64,000 nt of DNA from Macrostomum lignano (Eukaryota). Below the pieces are notes generated by a model that was not told where the DNA came from, ran no database searches, and saw only the letters and a program-made list of their open reading frames with translations. The stretch covers positions 1 to 64,000 of the forward strand of contig NIVC01000468.1 in assembly GCA_002269645.1 (NCBI GenBank). The letters run 5' to 3'. The translations under genes and the position numbers were made by a program. Shown in pieces: positions 46,385-59,183 of the stretch. Position 1 is the first letter of the stretch; each line of letters opens with the position of its first letter.

Positions 46385-48830
46385 AGGAGTGTTGAGAAGT
46401 GTCCACAGAGTACTGGTGCAGTGGATGAGGTGTCCACAGAGTACTGGTGCAGTGGATGAGGTGTCCACAGAGTACCGGTGCAGTGGATGAGGTGTCCACA
46501 GAGTACCGGTGCAGTGGATGAGGTGTCCACAGAGTACCGGTGCAGTGGATGAGGTGTCCACAGAGTACCGGTGCAGTGGATGAGGTGTCCACAGAGTACC
46601 GGTGCAGTGGATGAAAGTGTCCACAGAGTACCGGTGCAGTGGATGAGGTGTCCACAGAGTACCGGTGCAGTGGATGAGGTGTCCACAGAGTACCGGTGCA
46701 GTGGATGAAAGTGTCAACAGAGTACCGGTGCAGTGGATGAGATTCCAAAGAGTACCGGTGCAGTGGATGAGGTGTCCACAGAGTACCGGTGCAGTGGATG
46801 AAAGTGTCAACAGAGTACCGGTGCAGTGGATGAGATTCCAAAGAGTACCGGTGCAGTGGATGAGGTGTCCACAGAGTACCGGTGCAGTGGATGAAAGTGT
46901 CCACAGAGTACCGGTGCAGTGGATGAGGTGTCCACAGAGTACCGGTGCAGTGGATGAGGTGTCCATAGAGTACCGGTGCAGTGGATGAGGTGTCCACAGA
47001 GTACCGGTGCAGTGGATGAGGTGTCCACAGAGTACCGGTGCAGTGGATGAGGTGTCCACAGAGTACCGGTGCAGTGGATGAGGTGTCCACAGAGTACCGG
47101 TGCAGTGGATGAGGTGTCCACAGAGTACCGGTGCAGTGGATGAGGTGTCCACAGAGTACCGGTGCAGTGGATGAGGTGTCCACAGAGTACCGGTGCAGTG
47201 GATGAAAGTGTCAACAGAGTACCGGTGCAGTGGATGAAAGTGTCAACAGAGTACCGGTGCAGTGGATGAGATTCCAAAGAGTACCGGTGCAGTGGATGAG
47301 GTGTCCACAGAGTACCGGTGCAGTGGATGAGATTCCAAAGAGTACCGGTGCAGTGGATGAGGTGTCCACAGAGTACCGGTGCAGTGGATGAAAGTGTCAA
47401 CAGAGTACCGGTGCAGTGGATGAGATTCCAAAGAGTACCGGTGCAGTGGATGAGGTGTCCACAGAGTACCGGTGCAGTGGATGAAAGTGTCCACAGAGTA
47501 CCGGTGCAGTGGATGAGGTGTCCACAGAGTACCGGTGCAGTGGATGAGGTGTCCACAGAGTACCGGTGCAGTGGATGAAAGTGTCCACAGAGTACCGGTG
47601 CAGTAGATGAGGTGTCCACAGAGTACAGGTGCAGTGGATGAGGTGTCCACAGAGTACCGGTGCAGTGGATCAGGTGTCAACAGAGTACCGGTGCAGTGGA
47701 TGAAAGTGTCCACAGAGTACCGGTGCAGTGGATGAGGTGTCCACAGAGTACCGGTGCAGTGGATGAGGTGTCCACAGAGTACCGGTGCAGTGGATGAGGT
47801 GTCAACAGAGTACCGGTGCAGTAGATGAGGTGTCCACAGAGTACTGGTGCAGTGGATGAAAGTGTCCACAGAGTACCGGTGCAGTGGATGAGGTGTCAAC
47901 AGAGTACCGGTGCAGTGGATGAGGTGTCCAAAGAGTACCGGTGCAGTGGATGAGGTGTCCACAGAGTACCGGTGCAGTGGATGAAAGTGTCAACAGAGTA
48001 CCGGTGCAGTGGATGAGGTGTCCACAGAGTACCGGTGCAGTGGATGAAAGTGTCCACAGAGTACCGGTGCAGTGGATGAAAGTGTCAACAGAGTACCGGT
48101 GCAGTGGATGAGATTCCAAAGAGTACCGGTGCAGTGGATGAGGTGTCCACAGAGTACCGGTGCAGTGGATGAAAGTGTCAACAGAGTACCGGTGCAGTGG
48201 ATGAGATTCCAAAGAGTACCGGTGCAGTGGATGAGGTGTCCACAGAGTACCGGTGCAGTGGATGAAAGTGTCAACAGAGTACCGGTGCAGTGGATGAGGT
48301 GTCCACAGAGTACCGGTGCAGTGGATGAGGTGTCCACAGAGTACCGGTGCAGTGGATGAGGTGTCCACAGAGTACCGGTGCAGTGGATGAAAGTGTCAAC
48401 AGAGTACCGGTGCAGTGGATGAGGTGTCCACAGAGTACCGGTGCAGTGGATGAGGTGTCCACAGAGTACCGGTGCAGTGGATGAAAGTGTCCACAGAGTA
48501 CCGGTGCAGTGGATGAAAGTGTCCACAGAGTACCGGTGCAGTAGATGAGGTGTCCACAGAGTACCGGTGCAGTGGATGAAAGTGTCCACAGAGTACCGGT
48601 GCAGTGGATGAGGTGTCCACAGAGTACCGGTGCAGTGGATGAGGTGTCCACAGAGTACCGGTGCAGTGGATGAGGTGTCCACAGAGTACCGGTGCAGTGG
48701 ATGAAAGTGTCCACAGAGTACCGGTGCAGTGGATGAAAGTGTCCACAGAGTACCGGTGCAGTAGATGAGGTGTCCACAGAGTACCGGTGCAGTGGATGAG
48801 GTGTCCACAGATAAGGTGTCCACAGAGTAT
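46385..48830 (+). repeat. 31-bp satellite (GTGTCCACAGAGTACCGGTGCAGTGGATGAG) with 30/32-bp variants
   Basis: About 78 units; the variants AAAGTGTCAAC and GATTCCAAAG recur in fixed order. Confidence 0.98.
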
Positions 48831-49384
48831 CGGTTTGCAGAATCACCTTCTAGGGGGGGGGGGGGTTCAAGTTATTTGCTCACTCAAGAACTAGCAAGCC
48901 TCAGTCTCTGAGAAGTGTCTGGGTTGACGCGGGGGCTCTCCGCCACCGAGCAGTGTCAGCCCAGTTTTCGGAGCAACTAACTGGACAGAGATTTATCGCC
49001 ATTTTCTCAGTGAGCCCCAGTTTATATTGACCTGTCGGCGAAGCGGAGTTCGTTTTATTTATTACGCTCGCATCATGGTCTTATTCTGAGTCGCGGTCCC
49101 GAGAATGCACTTTTAATAAGTCCAATAATACGTAACTTGCAGTAGTTTGTCAGGCAAAAATATTCTTACAGGGCCTGTCAATGTTTGGTTCGGACAGAAA
49201 AAGATTTTTCCCGATTTCGCTTGGCCGCGCAGGTGATTAATTTCCATGGTAGAAGAAACAGTACGTTTTTACTGGCTCAGTGTTACCTTACTTACCTTAC
49301 CTTACCTTAAAATGCAGTTTGATTACACTGCAACTGCTGCCCATTATTGTCACTCTTCTAAAGTTAACTGCATATCATCCTTAT

Positions 49385-49995
49385 CCCTTCATCTCACTTA
49401 TGAATATCTCATCCCTTCATCTCACTCATGAACATCTCATCCCTTCATCTCACTCATGAACATCTCACTCATGAACATCTCATCCCTTCATCTCACTCAT
49501 GAACATCTCATCCCTTCATCTCACTCATGAACATCTCATCCCTTCATCTCACTCATGAACATCTCATCCCTTCATCTCACTCATGAACATCTCATCCCTT
49601 CATCTCACTCATGAACATCTCATCCCTTCATCTCACTCATGAACATCTCATCCCTTCATCTCACTCATGAACATCTCATCCCTTCATCTCACTCATGAAC
49701 ATCTCATCCCTTCATCTCACTCATGAACATCTCATCCCTTCATCTCACTCATGAACATCTCATCCCTTCATCTCACTCATGAACATCTCATCCCTTCATC
49801 TCACTCATGAACATCTCATCCCTTCATCTCACTCATGAACATCTCATCCCTTCATCTCACTCATGAACATCTCATCCCTTCATCTCACTCATGAACATCT
49901 CATCCCTTCATCTCACTCATGAACATCTCATCCCTTCATCTCACTCATGAACATCTCATCCCTTCATCTCACTCATGAACATCTCATCCCCTCAG
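49385..49995 (+). repeat. 28-bp minisatellite (TCATCCCTTCATCTCACTCATGAACATC)
   Basis: Period 28; nearly homogeneous. Confidence 0.97.
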
Positions 49996-50789
49996 CTCAC
50001 GTCTTATCCCTTCATCCCTTCGTATACCGCATTGTCACCCCCACGCCTTGAATGTGAATCTCATACCTTCATGTAAATCTCTGTCGAAATTTCAATTGCT
50101 TAAATTAAATATTTGGAGTATAATTCGATAAATCCGATGAACTAGAATCAGCAGAAATATTTATCCTTGTATCGACTCAGAAAGAGGCTCTGTCACCAGT
50201 GTAGAAGTCTAACAGGCTAGATAGACAAACATCGCCCTCTCACAGACATTTTATCTCTTTATTTACTCAGTGAGAAGCGATGCAAACTGGCTGATACGAG
50301 CAGGCTGGTTGGACAGTTGAGGCATACAGTTGGTTGTCCACCTGCTGCATGAATGCCTGGAAAAATGACAACCCAGCTGGTAAAGTGCAGGCCGCATTTA
50401 GCTAAGTGAAACTCCAGTAATGCTGTTTGCTGCTGTGCAGGCAAGAAATGAGAAGATCCCGGCGGGACCACGCCATTGGTTCGAATTTCAGCATCCACTG
50501 CCCTAGTAACAGTTCCGTGTTTTTATCCCGAGACCGGACTCACCCTGAGCCTCGCCCTTCCTCTCTTGAGTAGCTATCTAATAAGCTACGGAGTTCTCTG
50601 ATTCCTCTCCGAGCATGTACAGCCTGGGCCAGCTCAGTATCCGCAGCCTCATTGCCTGTTGCTATGGCGACCGCAGACTCAGAGCTAGGGAAATGTCTAC
50701 CGAGCGGCTGCACGAGCACGATTGCGACTCCGGTTGGTGCTCCACTGGCTGAGTTCTTTAGCTTGACTTCGCTGGATGCGAATGAGATT

Positions 50790-51050
50790 GTGGATGTGGT
50801 TGTGGATGTGGATGCGAATGTGGATGCGGATGCGGATGCGGATGCGGATGCGGATGCGGATGCGGATGCGGATGCGGATGTGGATGCGGATGCGGATGCG
50901 GATGTGGATGTGGATGCGGATGCGGATGTGAATGCGGATGTGGATGCGGATGCGGATGTGGATGCGGATGCGGATGTGGATGTGGATGCGGATGTGGATG
51001 CGGATGCGGATGCGGATGCGGATGCGGATGTAGATGGGGACGGATGTGGT
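50790..51050 (+). repeat. (GATGCG/GATGTG)n hexamer array
   Basis: Direct reading of the sequence. Confidence 0.96.
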
Positions 51051-51445
51051 TGAACGTACGACGAATAAAAGGCAAACGTTTAATGATTGTGATTGTACAT
51101 CCAGGTCCCAATTGAGACGATTGAGAAAGTGTCACTCCAAAGTGTTGTGTAGTTGGTTTGCATGCGTACATATTACGAGCGTACAGGTATGTACATCCGT
51201 TTGCAAATATCGATTTGTCGCTGGCTGGAGTATAAATATACAAGTCTGAACGCCAACTTGAGCTGAAGGTTGCGTGTACCCCAAATCAGCCAGTCTGACT
51301 TTCTCAATACAAAACAAAGTTCATATGGCTCTTTTGCCATTTTTTCCTACGGAACTTCTGCCAACAAAAACGCATTCATGCAGGAATATCCGCGAGCACT
51401 CTGCGCAAGAGCAGCGATGGATTTATTGCCTTCAGACGGCCGACT

Positions 51446-51740
51446 ATGCAGCCGAAGCAGCAGCCTCCGACGCCGCCTTCGCAGCTGATGCCCCAGTTCA
51501 ACGAAGTGGTAGAGGGCACAGACGTCGAAGTGAGCTCCGAAAACGATGAAGATCAATACGACCCGGCAGCTGGAATTGGCGCGGTAGGTCCCCTTGAACT
51601 GCATTTCTCACCGTGTGATCTGGAAAATTTAGACGGTTCGATGCTTTCCCAGGACTTTGCAGTGCACACTGCATGCCTCAATATGTTCTTCTTTTCTATC
51701 CGCAAGAATGCTACCAATGTGCCGAGTACATACTGTTACG
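51446..51740 (+). CDS. SYT16: Probable 5' exon of the synaptotagmin-14/16-like gene (MQPKQQPPTPPSQLMPQFNEVVEGTDVEVSSENDEDQYD...)
   Basis: Acceptor-like TTATTGCCTTCAG 10 nt before the ATG; GC-rich, Pro/acidic ORF. A possible phase-0 donor TAC|GTAACG lies near 51740. The 3' boundary and linkage to the C2 exons are uncertain. Confidence 0.4.
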
Positions 51741-52439
51741 TAACGTACGTACTTGCAGACACAATTACCTAAGGCAATCACTTAGCCACTCTCTTCTCGC
51801 TCGCTTTCGTAGAAAAATGCAACAGGTACGATGCTTTCTGACATTAATCGCTTACGGGCCATTTGAAATTTCAACACTTTGAATAGTTTTTTTTTCTTTA
51901 TTTTTGTTTTAATTAGCTGGTAGCTTTCAATAATTCAGCTTCGCCAGTTATTAAGCCATTTTTAGTTGCTATTCGCGTCTCAATTCTTACCGTTCATTTT
52001 CTCTTGCTCGTAGGCGAATTAAATCGAAAAGAGGTGAATAAAAATTCTTTCCATCCTTATTTGACTAGCGAGGATTTCGGCAATACATGTGGGAAATCTG
52101 TCCGAGTGCGCTTGCTCAGCCTGAGTAAGGGCTGGATTCTGGATTCCTAATCACACAGATTGCTCAACTGCAGTTTTGTCGACACTGTCTTCTTTCTCTT
52201 CGATAGCTACTTGTTTCTCTCAAATAAACTTTTCAGCGCTCGTTTTGTTGTCACTTTGCTTCGCATACTCGTAAAAATTGAAGAGTTCATTATTCCTAGA
52301 GACAGCGGACGACCTTTGCATTTAGCCATTCAACTCGGGCCGGGCTTGCGCTTTCTTGCACGCATTGAAGCGGGGGTCGGCAATTTTCTGCCTCAAGGCC
52401 CATATAGAGAATCTATAGAGGGGAGAGCGCAGAGCGAAG

Positions 52440-53020
52440 ATGGAATAGAGAAGAAGAGAGGAGAGAAGGGAGGAGAGAAGAGAGAGAGAGAAGAGAAGAG
52501 AGAGGAGAGAAAGGAGAGGAGAGAATGAAGAGGAGAGAATGAAGAGGAGAAAAATGAGAGAAGAGAAAGAGAGAAGAGAAGGGAGAGGAGAGACAGGAGA
52601 GAACTCCAGGAGAGACTGAAGGAGAGAAACTGGAGGAGAGAAACTGGAGGAGAGAAACTGGAGGAGAGAAACTGGAGGAGAGAAACTGGAGGAGAGAAAC
52701 TGGAGGAGAGAAACTGGAGGAGAGAAACTGGAGGAGAGAAACTGGAGGAGAGAAACTGGAGGAGAGAAACTGGAGGAGAGAAACTGGAGGAGAGAAACTG
52801 GAGGAGAGAAACTGGAGGAGAGAAACTGGAGGAGAGAAACTGGAGGAGAGAAACTGGAGGAGAGAAACTGGAGGAGAGAAACTGGAGGAGAGAAACTGGA
52901 GGAGAGAAACTGGAGGAGAGAAACTGGAGGAGAGAAACTGGAGGAGAGAAACTGGAGGAGAGAAACTGGAGGAGAGAAACTGGAGGAGAGAAACTGGAGG
53001 AGAGAAACTGGAGGAGATAA
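52440..53020 (+). repeat. Purine-rich tract plus 14-bp minisatellite (AGAAACTGGAGGAG), ~28 copies
   Basis: Period 14 from ~52620. Confidence 0.97.
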
Positions 53021-54005
53021 AGAGGAAAGGGCTTGCCAGGCCGGAGTTTCGCCACCCCTGCATTGAAGAATACTTATGAAGACGAGTCTAGAAAAACAGA
53101 AGCCAAAGCTCTCTTATGTTATCAAGAGTTCTCTTCACACAGCCATTCAAGTCCTGTTTGAGTAAGAGCAATGAGAGCATGAGTAAGTCTACTGATTGGG
53201 GCGGAGCAGTAGAGGCGTTCGACTCTCGCGCCACGATCACTTGATTCCTTGGCACGACCATTCCATGTGCGGTCAAATTAATTTGGGACCTGTGCACGAA
53301 CAATTGACCAGGTGGAGAGGGTTGTTGTGCAATTTACACTCACGAGGCAGTTCCCAAGGCACAGAGAGTGCACATGCCTGACGATTAGAAAGTCAGGGCC
53401 GCTGTACACCCTGTGTGAGGCCTGCGTACAGTGTTGGCGCGCTTGCGTGTGCTCAGGAGTCAGCGGAATGGGCTGAGTTGCCGTCAGCGCTGGTTGCGAG
53501 ACAATGTCACCGAAGGAGTTGCGCCAGGGTGCCCCACAGCCCTTCTGTAATTGATATTAAGTTCACTATTGTATTGGTACTCAGCTTGCACCACATCATT
53601 ACACATCCGCAATGATGATCGACTCAAACAATTAGCGTAAGATCTCTACCTGGGCGAGTTTGAGCTTGAATCTCACAATACGCTCGGATTCAAGGTTTTC
53701 TACTTGAGCTTTATCTGAGGCGATGATCACGGATCTGTAGGTCAGGGAAATACATGTGATAGGTTCGAGGTGAAGCGCTAAACGCTAAGCGACCAGGGAG
53801 GAGAAATGCAGATATGTCCCTGAGCGTGACCCTCGGTTGGCCTCGTGGGCGTGAATCGCGATTTTTGTGAACGAGCCCCAAATTTAATACGACCGCGTAC
53901 GGAATCGAACCGGGGAACTTTGGCGGGAGAGTCACAGCTCTGGGCTACTCTACCCCCTCATCTGCCTGCACTTTTTCTAACTTCTCGCCTCCCCTCATCA
54001 ACCAG

Positions 54006-54539
54006 ACAATGCTTTCAAGTCCGACGCAGCCCGCCAAGACTCCAGGTTCCGGAGCCCTAGACGCGGTGTTTACGTACGACCCCGTTGGACACCGGCTGCG
54101 CATCTGGCTGCTGATCCAGCAGAAGCCGCCTTCGCTCAGCTGTTGCTGCTGGGCCTCGGCTGAAGTGTCGCTGGCGCTGTTGCCAGGCAAGAGACGGCGT
54201 CGGCGTGCTGGTTTCGAGTTGAACAGCGCGCCAACCGCCGCCTGCAAGTCATGGGAGTTTCAATTCGGCAGAGTTGGCGCCCCAGATCGGCTGGCGCGTC
54301 AGTCGGTGCGGCTTCGGGTGTACGCTTTTCAGCGTGGCAGCAGCAGCAGCGGCAACGGCGCTGGAAGCCGCTTCCGCAGCAGACGCCGCGATCGACTGGT
54401 TCTGGTGGCCGAGCGAGCCGTGTCTCTGGCTGCGCTGACGAACGCGGATTATTCTCAAGGATTAGCGACACTGCAGGTGACGCTGCCGCTGATTTGCAGC
54501 TGCGGAAGTCCGGGTGGATCGACGGCTGCTTACTTAAAG
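54006..54539 (+). CDS. SYT16: Synaptotagmin-14/16-like C2A exon (GALDAVFTYDPVGHRLRIW...VSLALLPGKRRR...FQFGRV...VRLRVY...VAERAVSLAAL)
   Basis: Follows the C2A pattern of Syt14/16. Donor AAG|GTAGGC at 54539 is phase 0. The acceptor is taken as ACCAG|ACA (54006); 54020 is an alternative. Confidence 0.75.
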
Positions 54540-54584
54540 GTAGGCAGCTCGAAATGCACTGAAAACTCACGCTTATATACTTAT

Positions 54585-55050
54585 TGTGAGCTCCGATTGC
54601 AGAGTAGAAGCGGATGTGAGCTCCGATTGCAGAGTAGATGCGGATGTGAGCTCCGATTGCAGAGTAGATCCGGATGTGAGCTCCGATTGCAGAGAGAATG
54701 CGGATGTGAGCTCCGATTGCAGAGTAGATGCGGATGTGAGCTCCGATTGCAGAGAGAATGCGGATGTGAGCTCCGATTGCAGAGTAGATGCGGATGTGAG
54801 CTCCGGTTGCAGAGTAGATGCGGATGTGAGCTCCGGTTGCAGAGAGAATGCGGATGTCAGCTCCGCTTGCAGAGTAGATGCGGATGTGAGCTCCGATTGC
54901 AGAGAGAATGCGGATGTGAGCTCCAATTGCAGAGTAGATGCGGATGTGAGCTCCGATTGCAGAGTAGATGCGGATGTGAGCTCCGATTGCAGAGTAGATG
55001 CGGATGTGAGCTCCGATTGCAGAGAGAATGCGGATGTGAGCTCCGCTTGC
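54585..55050 (+). repeat. 30-bp minisatellite (TGTGAGCTCCGATTGCAGAGTAGATGCGGA)
   Basis: Period 30; begins ~45 nt after the C2A donor. Confidence 0.96.
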
Positions 55051-56204
55051 AGAACAGTTGCGGGCAGAGAGCCAAGACCCAGGAGCACGTGCTTGATTAC
55101 CTCAGACGCTTGCATGTAGAAGCCATTCCGCAACCGGTAACCCGAAATTTCCAGTGACAAAACAGCACATGATGAAGCTAAAACGGCACGAACACATACC
55201 CGATTTTCTATTGGCCTCGTTACATATTTGAAGGAATGCTTGACGTTGTCGGAGTTCTAGTGCGCATAGTTTTCCCACAGATTATGGTGATGCATTGAGT
55301 ATGTAGTCAGCTGGGCCTCTGGGCAACGGAAATTCAAATATAACCTTAAACACACGATCGCATCTTGCTACTAATATCAGTATGGACGCACATTTGGAGA
55401 TGACTAATTCCCTATCGCTACCAGTCTCGACACGTCTCATCGCTGGATGCGGTAGGCTCTGTTTATAAATCTGGTCATTAGAAGGCCGCCTGGCGGGTTC
55501 AAACGTCAGTCAGGGCTACTGAAGGCCTCCAGGGAGCTGCAGGTTTTATCCCTTGGCCACACGTATTCCCCTCTGTACCTGGGCCGGCCGGTCAACTAAA
55601 AGCCAATATTTATTTTTGTTTATTAAAAAACCCACAAGATTCAGTGCGCAGGCCACTGGGGCTTCCCAGAATCCCCCATAATTTCAGGCGGCTGCACTTT
55701 TGCCCGCATGGAAACTGGAAAAAGCCAGTCGTCCGCTCGCCCTTTCTTTCTCGTGCCGCCTTAGCAACTTTGCTGAACTCAGCTTCCCGCATATCCAACA
55801 TCTTCATCGCAAAGTCGATTTTGATTAACATCTTCACTTCTCCCTGATCCTACCCCATAAGAGCAGTGCTCCGCGAGTCCTCCAGCCGTTCTCAGTTTTC
55901 TCAGCCCGGTAGTCTTTAAAGCGAGGATTATTAATGCTCTCAGAATTTACAGCTTCTAAGCGGCTTTTCCAGTAGAAGGCATGGGTATTTACTGGCTCAG
56001 AGGGCCGGTCAGGAGCCCGGAAGTACTCGGCTATTCCACATCCGAATTGCAGAGAGGCAAACTGTGGGATGCCGGATATTTTAAACGAAGAGTTCGGTTG
56101 TTTAATCATCTATCAATGGGGGCCACGAGACTGGGGAGAGTTCGGAAAAGTGCGAACCCGCTACGGGCCGTCTGATGCCCTTAGTTTTGTGCTTTAAACT
56201 CTGA

Positions 56205-56563
<359 letters not shown>

Positions 56564-57218
56564 GCAGAGTCAGTCCCAGGCTGAAAGGGAGAGTCAGTTT
56601 CTGCCTCAGCAACAGGCTGCGTGCGGCCACTCTAACTGCCAATTTCCTGGAGAGCCCCATCTCATTCTGAAAGTCCTCGCACAGACCAATGAAGCCAGCT
56701 GCCACGCCAGCCACCTCTCTTCCCAGCCCGACTGTCTCAGCATCCTTCATCGCTGTTCTCTCCGTCTCGTGTACGCGCGCATATAGCGCCCCCACCAGTC
56801 CCCCCTGTCCCCCATCCCCTCAGTTTAGAATTCTCCCCTGGTCCTCTCTAACGATGGGCTGGAGCCGGGAGCAGCTTTGAGGAGGGGCGGGCGGTTCGGA
56901 GAGGGCGGGGCGGCCAGTCTCGCTCCCGCAGTTCCAAGCCAGCGCTTTTTTCTCTATAAAAATTCCTGTCTCCCTCCGGTTGCGCTGATCCACAGTGAGC
57001 AGGCCACCGGAGTTGGCGCAAGCACCTGTTTGTAGGGCCTGTAAGCCAGAGGCAGGGACCACAGGAGAGAGAAGAGAGGTACCCGATGCAGGAGCCAACA
57101 GAGCAGGACAGCGATCTCGAGTCCGACGACAGTTACCAGGTAGTTTTGATTAAGTGAGAAGCGCTGATGTAATACCATTATCAGTTCTCACAGTGGTTTT
57201 GCTTTTTTGCTTTAACAG

Positions 57219-57417
57219 GGCTCGGACACGGGCTACTCAGAGACCTGCAGCAGCAATCAGGTCGCTGGAGGCGGCGGCGGCGGCAGCGGCGGCCTCGGCG
57301 TGAGCAGCCAGCCTGAGCTGTTCCTGGGGTTGGCTTACAGTGCCACCACGGGACAGCTGATGGCCGAAGTCATCAAGGGCAGCGCATTCCGGCTTGCCGG
57401 CTCGTCGAGGGCGCCAG
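57219..57417 (+). CDS. SYT16: Syt14/16-like linker and start of C2B (QPELFLGLAYSATTGQLMAEVIKGSAFR...RAP)
   Basis: Matches Syt14/16 PE(I/L)LLGLxYxATTGRLxxEVIKGSHF. TTAACAG| acceptor, G|GTGATT donor. Confidence 0.92.
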
Positions 57418-57454
57418 GTGATTTACCTGCTGTTGGCCATGCTGTTTTTGTCTC

Positions 57455-58590
57455 TGACTGTCTATTGTTCTTTATACACTGTCTACTCCTGTTTTCTATC
57501 CGCTATCTACTCTTGTCCTTTATCCGCTGTCTACTCCTGTCCTCTATCCACTGTCTACTCCTGTTTTCTATCCGCTATCTACTCTTGTCCTCTATCCGCT
57601 GTCTACTCCTGTTCTTTATCCACTGTCTACTCCTGTTCTCTATCCGCTGTCTACTCCTGTTCTCTATCCGCTGTCTACTCCTGTTCTCTATCCACTGTCT
57701 ACTCCTGTTCTCTATCCACTGTCTACTCCTGTTCTCTATCCGCTGTCTACTCCTGTTCTCTATCCGCTGTCTACTCCTGTTCTCTATCCACTGTCTACTC
57801 CTGTCCTCTATCCACTGTCTACTCCTGTTTTCTATCCGCTATCTACTCTTGTCCTCTATCCGCTGTCTACTCCTGTTCTCTATCCGCTGTCTACTGCTAA
57901 CCTCTATCCGCTATCTACTCCTGTCCTCTATCCGCTGTCTACTCCTGTTCTCTATCCGCTGTCTACTCCTGTTCTCTATCCGCTGTCTACTCCTGTTCTC
58001 TATCCACTGTCTACTCCTGTCCTCTATCCGCTGTCTACTCCTGTTCTCTATCCACTGTCTACTCCTGTCCTCTATCCGCTGTCTACTCCTGTTCTCTATC
58101 CACTGTCTACTCCTGTTCTCTATCCACTGTCTACTCCTGTTCTCTATCCGCTGTCTACTCCTGTTTTCTATCCGCTGTCTACTCCTGTTCTCTATCCACT
58201 GTCTACTCCTGTCCTCTATCCACTGTCTACTCCTGTTTTCTATCCGCTATCTACTCTTGTCCTCTATCCGCTGTCTACTCCTGTTCTCTATCCGCTGTCT
58301 ACTGCTAACCTCTATCCGCTATCTACTCCTGTCCTCTATCCGCTGTCTACTCCTGTTCTCTATCCGCTGTCTACTCCTGTTCTCTATCCGCTGTCTACTC
58401 CTGTTCTCTATCCACTGTCTACTCCTGTCCTCTATCCGCTGTCTACTCCTGTTCTCTATCCACTGTCTACTCCTGTCTTCTATCCGCTGTCTACTCCTGT
58501 TCTCTATCCGCTGTCTACTCCTGTTCTCTATCCGCTGTCTACTCCTGTTCTCTATCCGCTATCTACTCCTGTTCTCTATCCACTGTCTAC
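57455..58590 (+). repeat. 24-bp pyrimidine-rich minisatellite (CTACTCCTGTTCTCTATCCGCTGT), ~47 copies
   Basis: Period 24; starts ~38 nt after the donor. Confidence 0.97.
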
Positions 58591-58954
58591 TAGCATCCAC
58601 CACATCAATCAAGCATCAGAGAGGACTCCACTGCAATGTTTACTCAATTCCTTAGTTGATAGGATAGCGCAAATGCAGTGATCAATCACTGACAGCGCTG
58701 TTATTATTAGGGTTCTTGAAGGATCGATCTTGACTTCTGGTAAATTAGGGTGCTGCTGCGTCAGGCAATAAGTGTCTCCGTTAACAATTGCATCGATTAT
58801 TGCATGCAGAGATTGAGTAGCTTTTCTTTGTTCCCTGAAGAGCTGCTTGTCTTGCTCTAATTGCTAGTACTTGGTGACTCCACTACCACACCATCCTCAT
58901 TTCTGCTACAACGGCCTCATTTATGCTATAACAGCCTGATCATTTCTGCTACAA

Positions 58955-59172
58955 CAACAACAACAAAGTACTTCACCCGCCAGCCGCGCAGTGGCCAGAA
59001 AGGGGGGAGAAGTCAGAGAGCGCGTCTCTGGGCCATAGCCCTCAGAAAGCCACACCCCCCAGCTTGGTCCGGGGCGCCAGCATCGGTCAAAAGCCTGTCA
59101 GGGTATCTCGCCGTTGTCCCTTGGCCTCGCCTGCGCGGTCCCTGCAGCTTGAGCAGCAGCACCTCGGGCCCC
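58955..59172 (-). mobile_element. 5'-truncated RTE-clade LINE 3' fragment with (TTG)n tail
   Basis: The minus strand encodes PEVLLLKLQGPRRRGQGTTARYPDRLLTDAG, resembling the RTE C-terminal GxRxRGRPxxxYxDxLxxDxG motif, followed by TTGTTGTTGTTG. TTCTGCTACAA flanks it at 58944-58954 and 59173-59183. Confidence 0.7.
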
Positions 59173-59183
59173 TTCTGCTACAA

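Noticed and set aside
46385-48830. CRISPR-like array (30-32-bp repeats with a palindromic core)
   Set aside because: Units are contiguous with no unique spacers, there are no cas genes, and the context is eukaryotic. The same applies to the 32/37-, 28- and 46-bp arrays.
50652-51053. Poly-(DA/DV) acidic protein
   Set aside because: Hexamer microsatellite translation. The unique 5' part ([10 protein letters not shown]...) has no clear donor or homology, although a role as a Syt 5' exon cannot be fully excluded.
54540-55157. Cys-rich repeat extension (CELRLQSRCG)n of the C2A ORF
   Set aside because: It lies after a canonical phase-0 donor at 54539 that joins correctly to the 57219 exon, so it is intronic 30-bp repeat.
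57418-58655. Hydrophobic multi-TM extension of the C2B exon
   Set aside because: It is read-through into the intronic 24-bp array; the donor at 57418 matches the acceptor at 59924.
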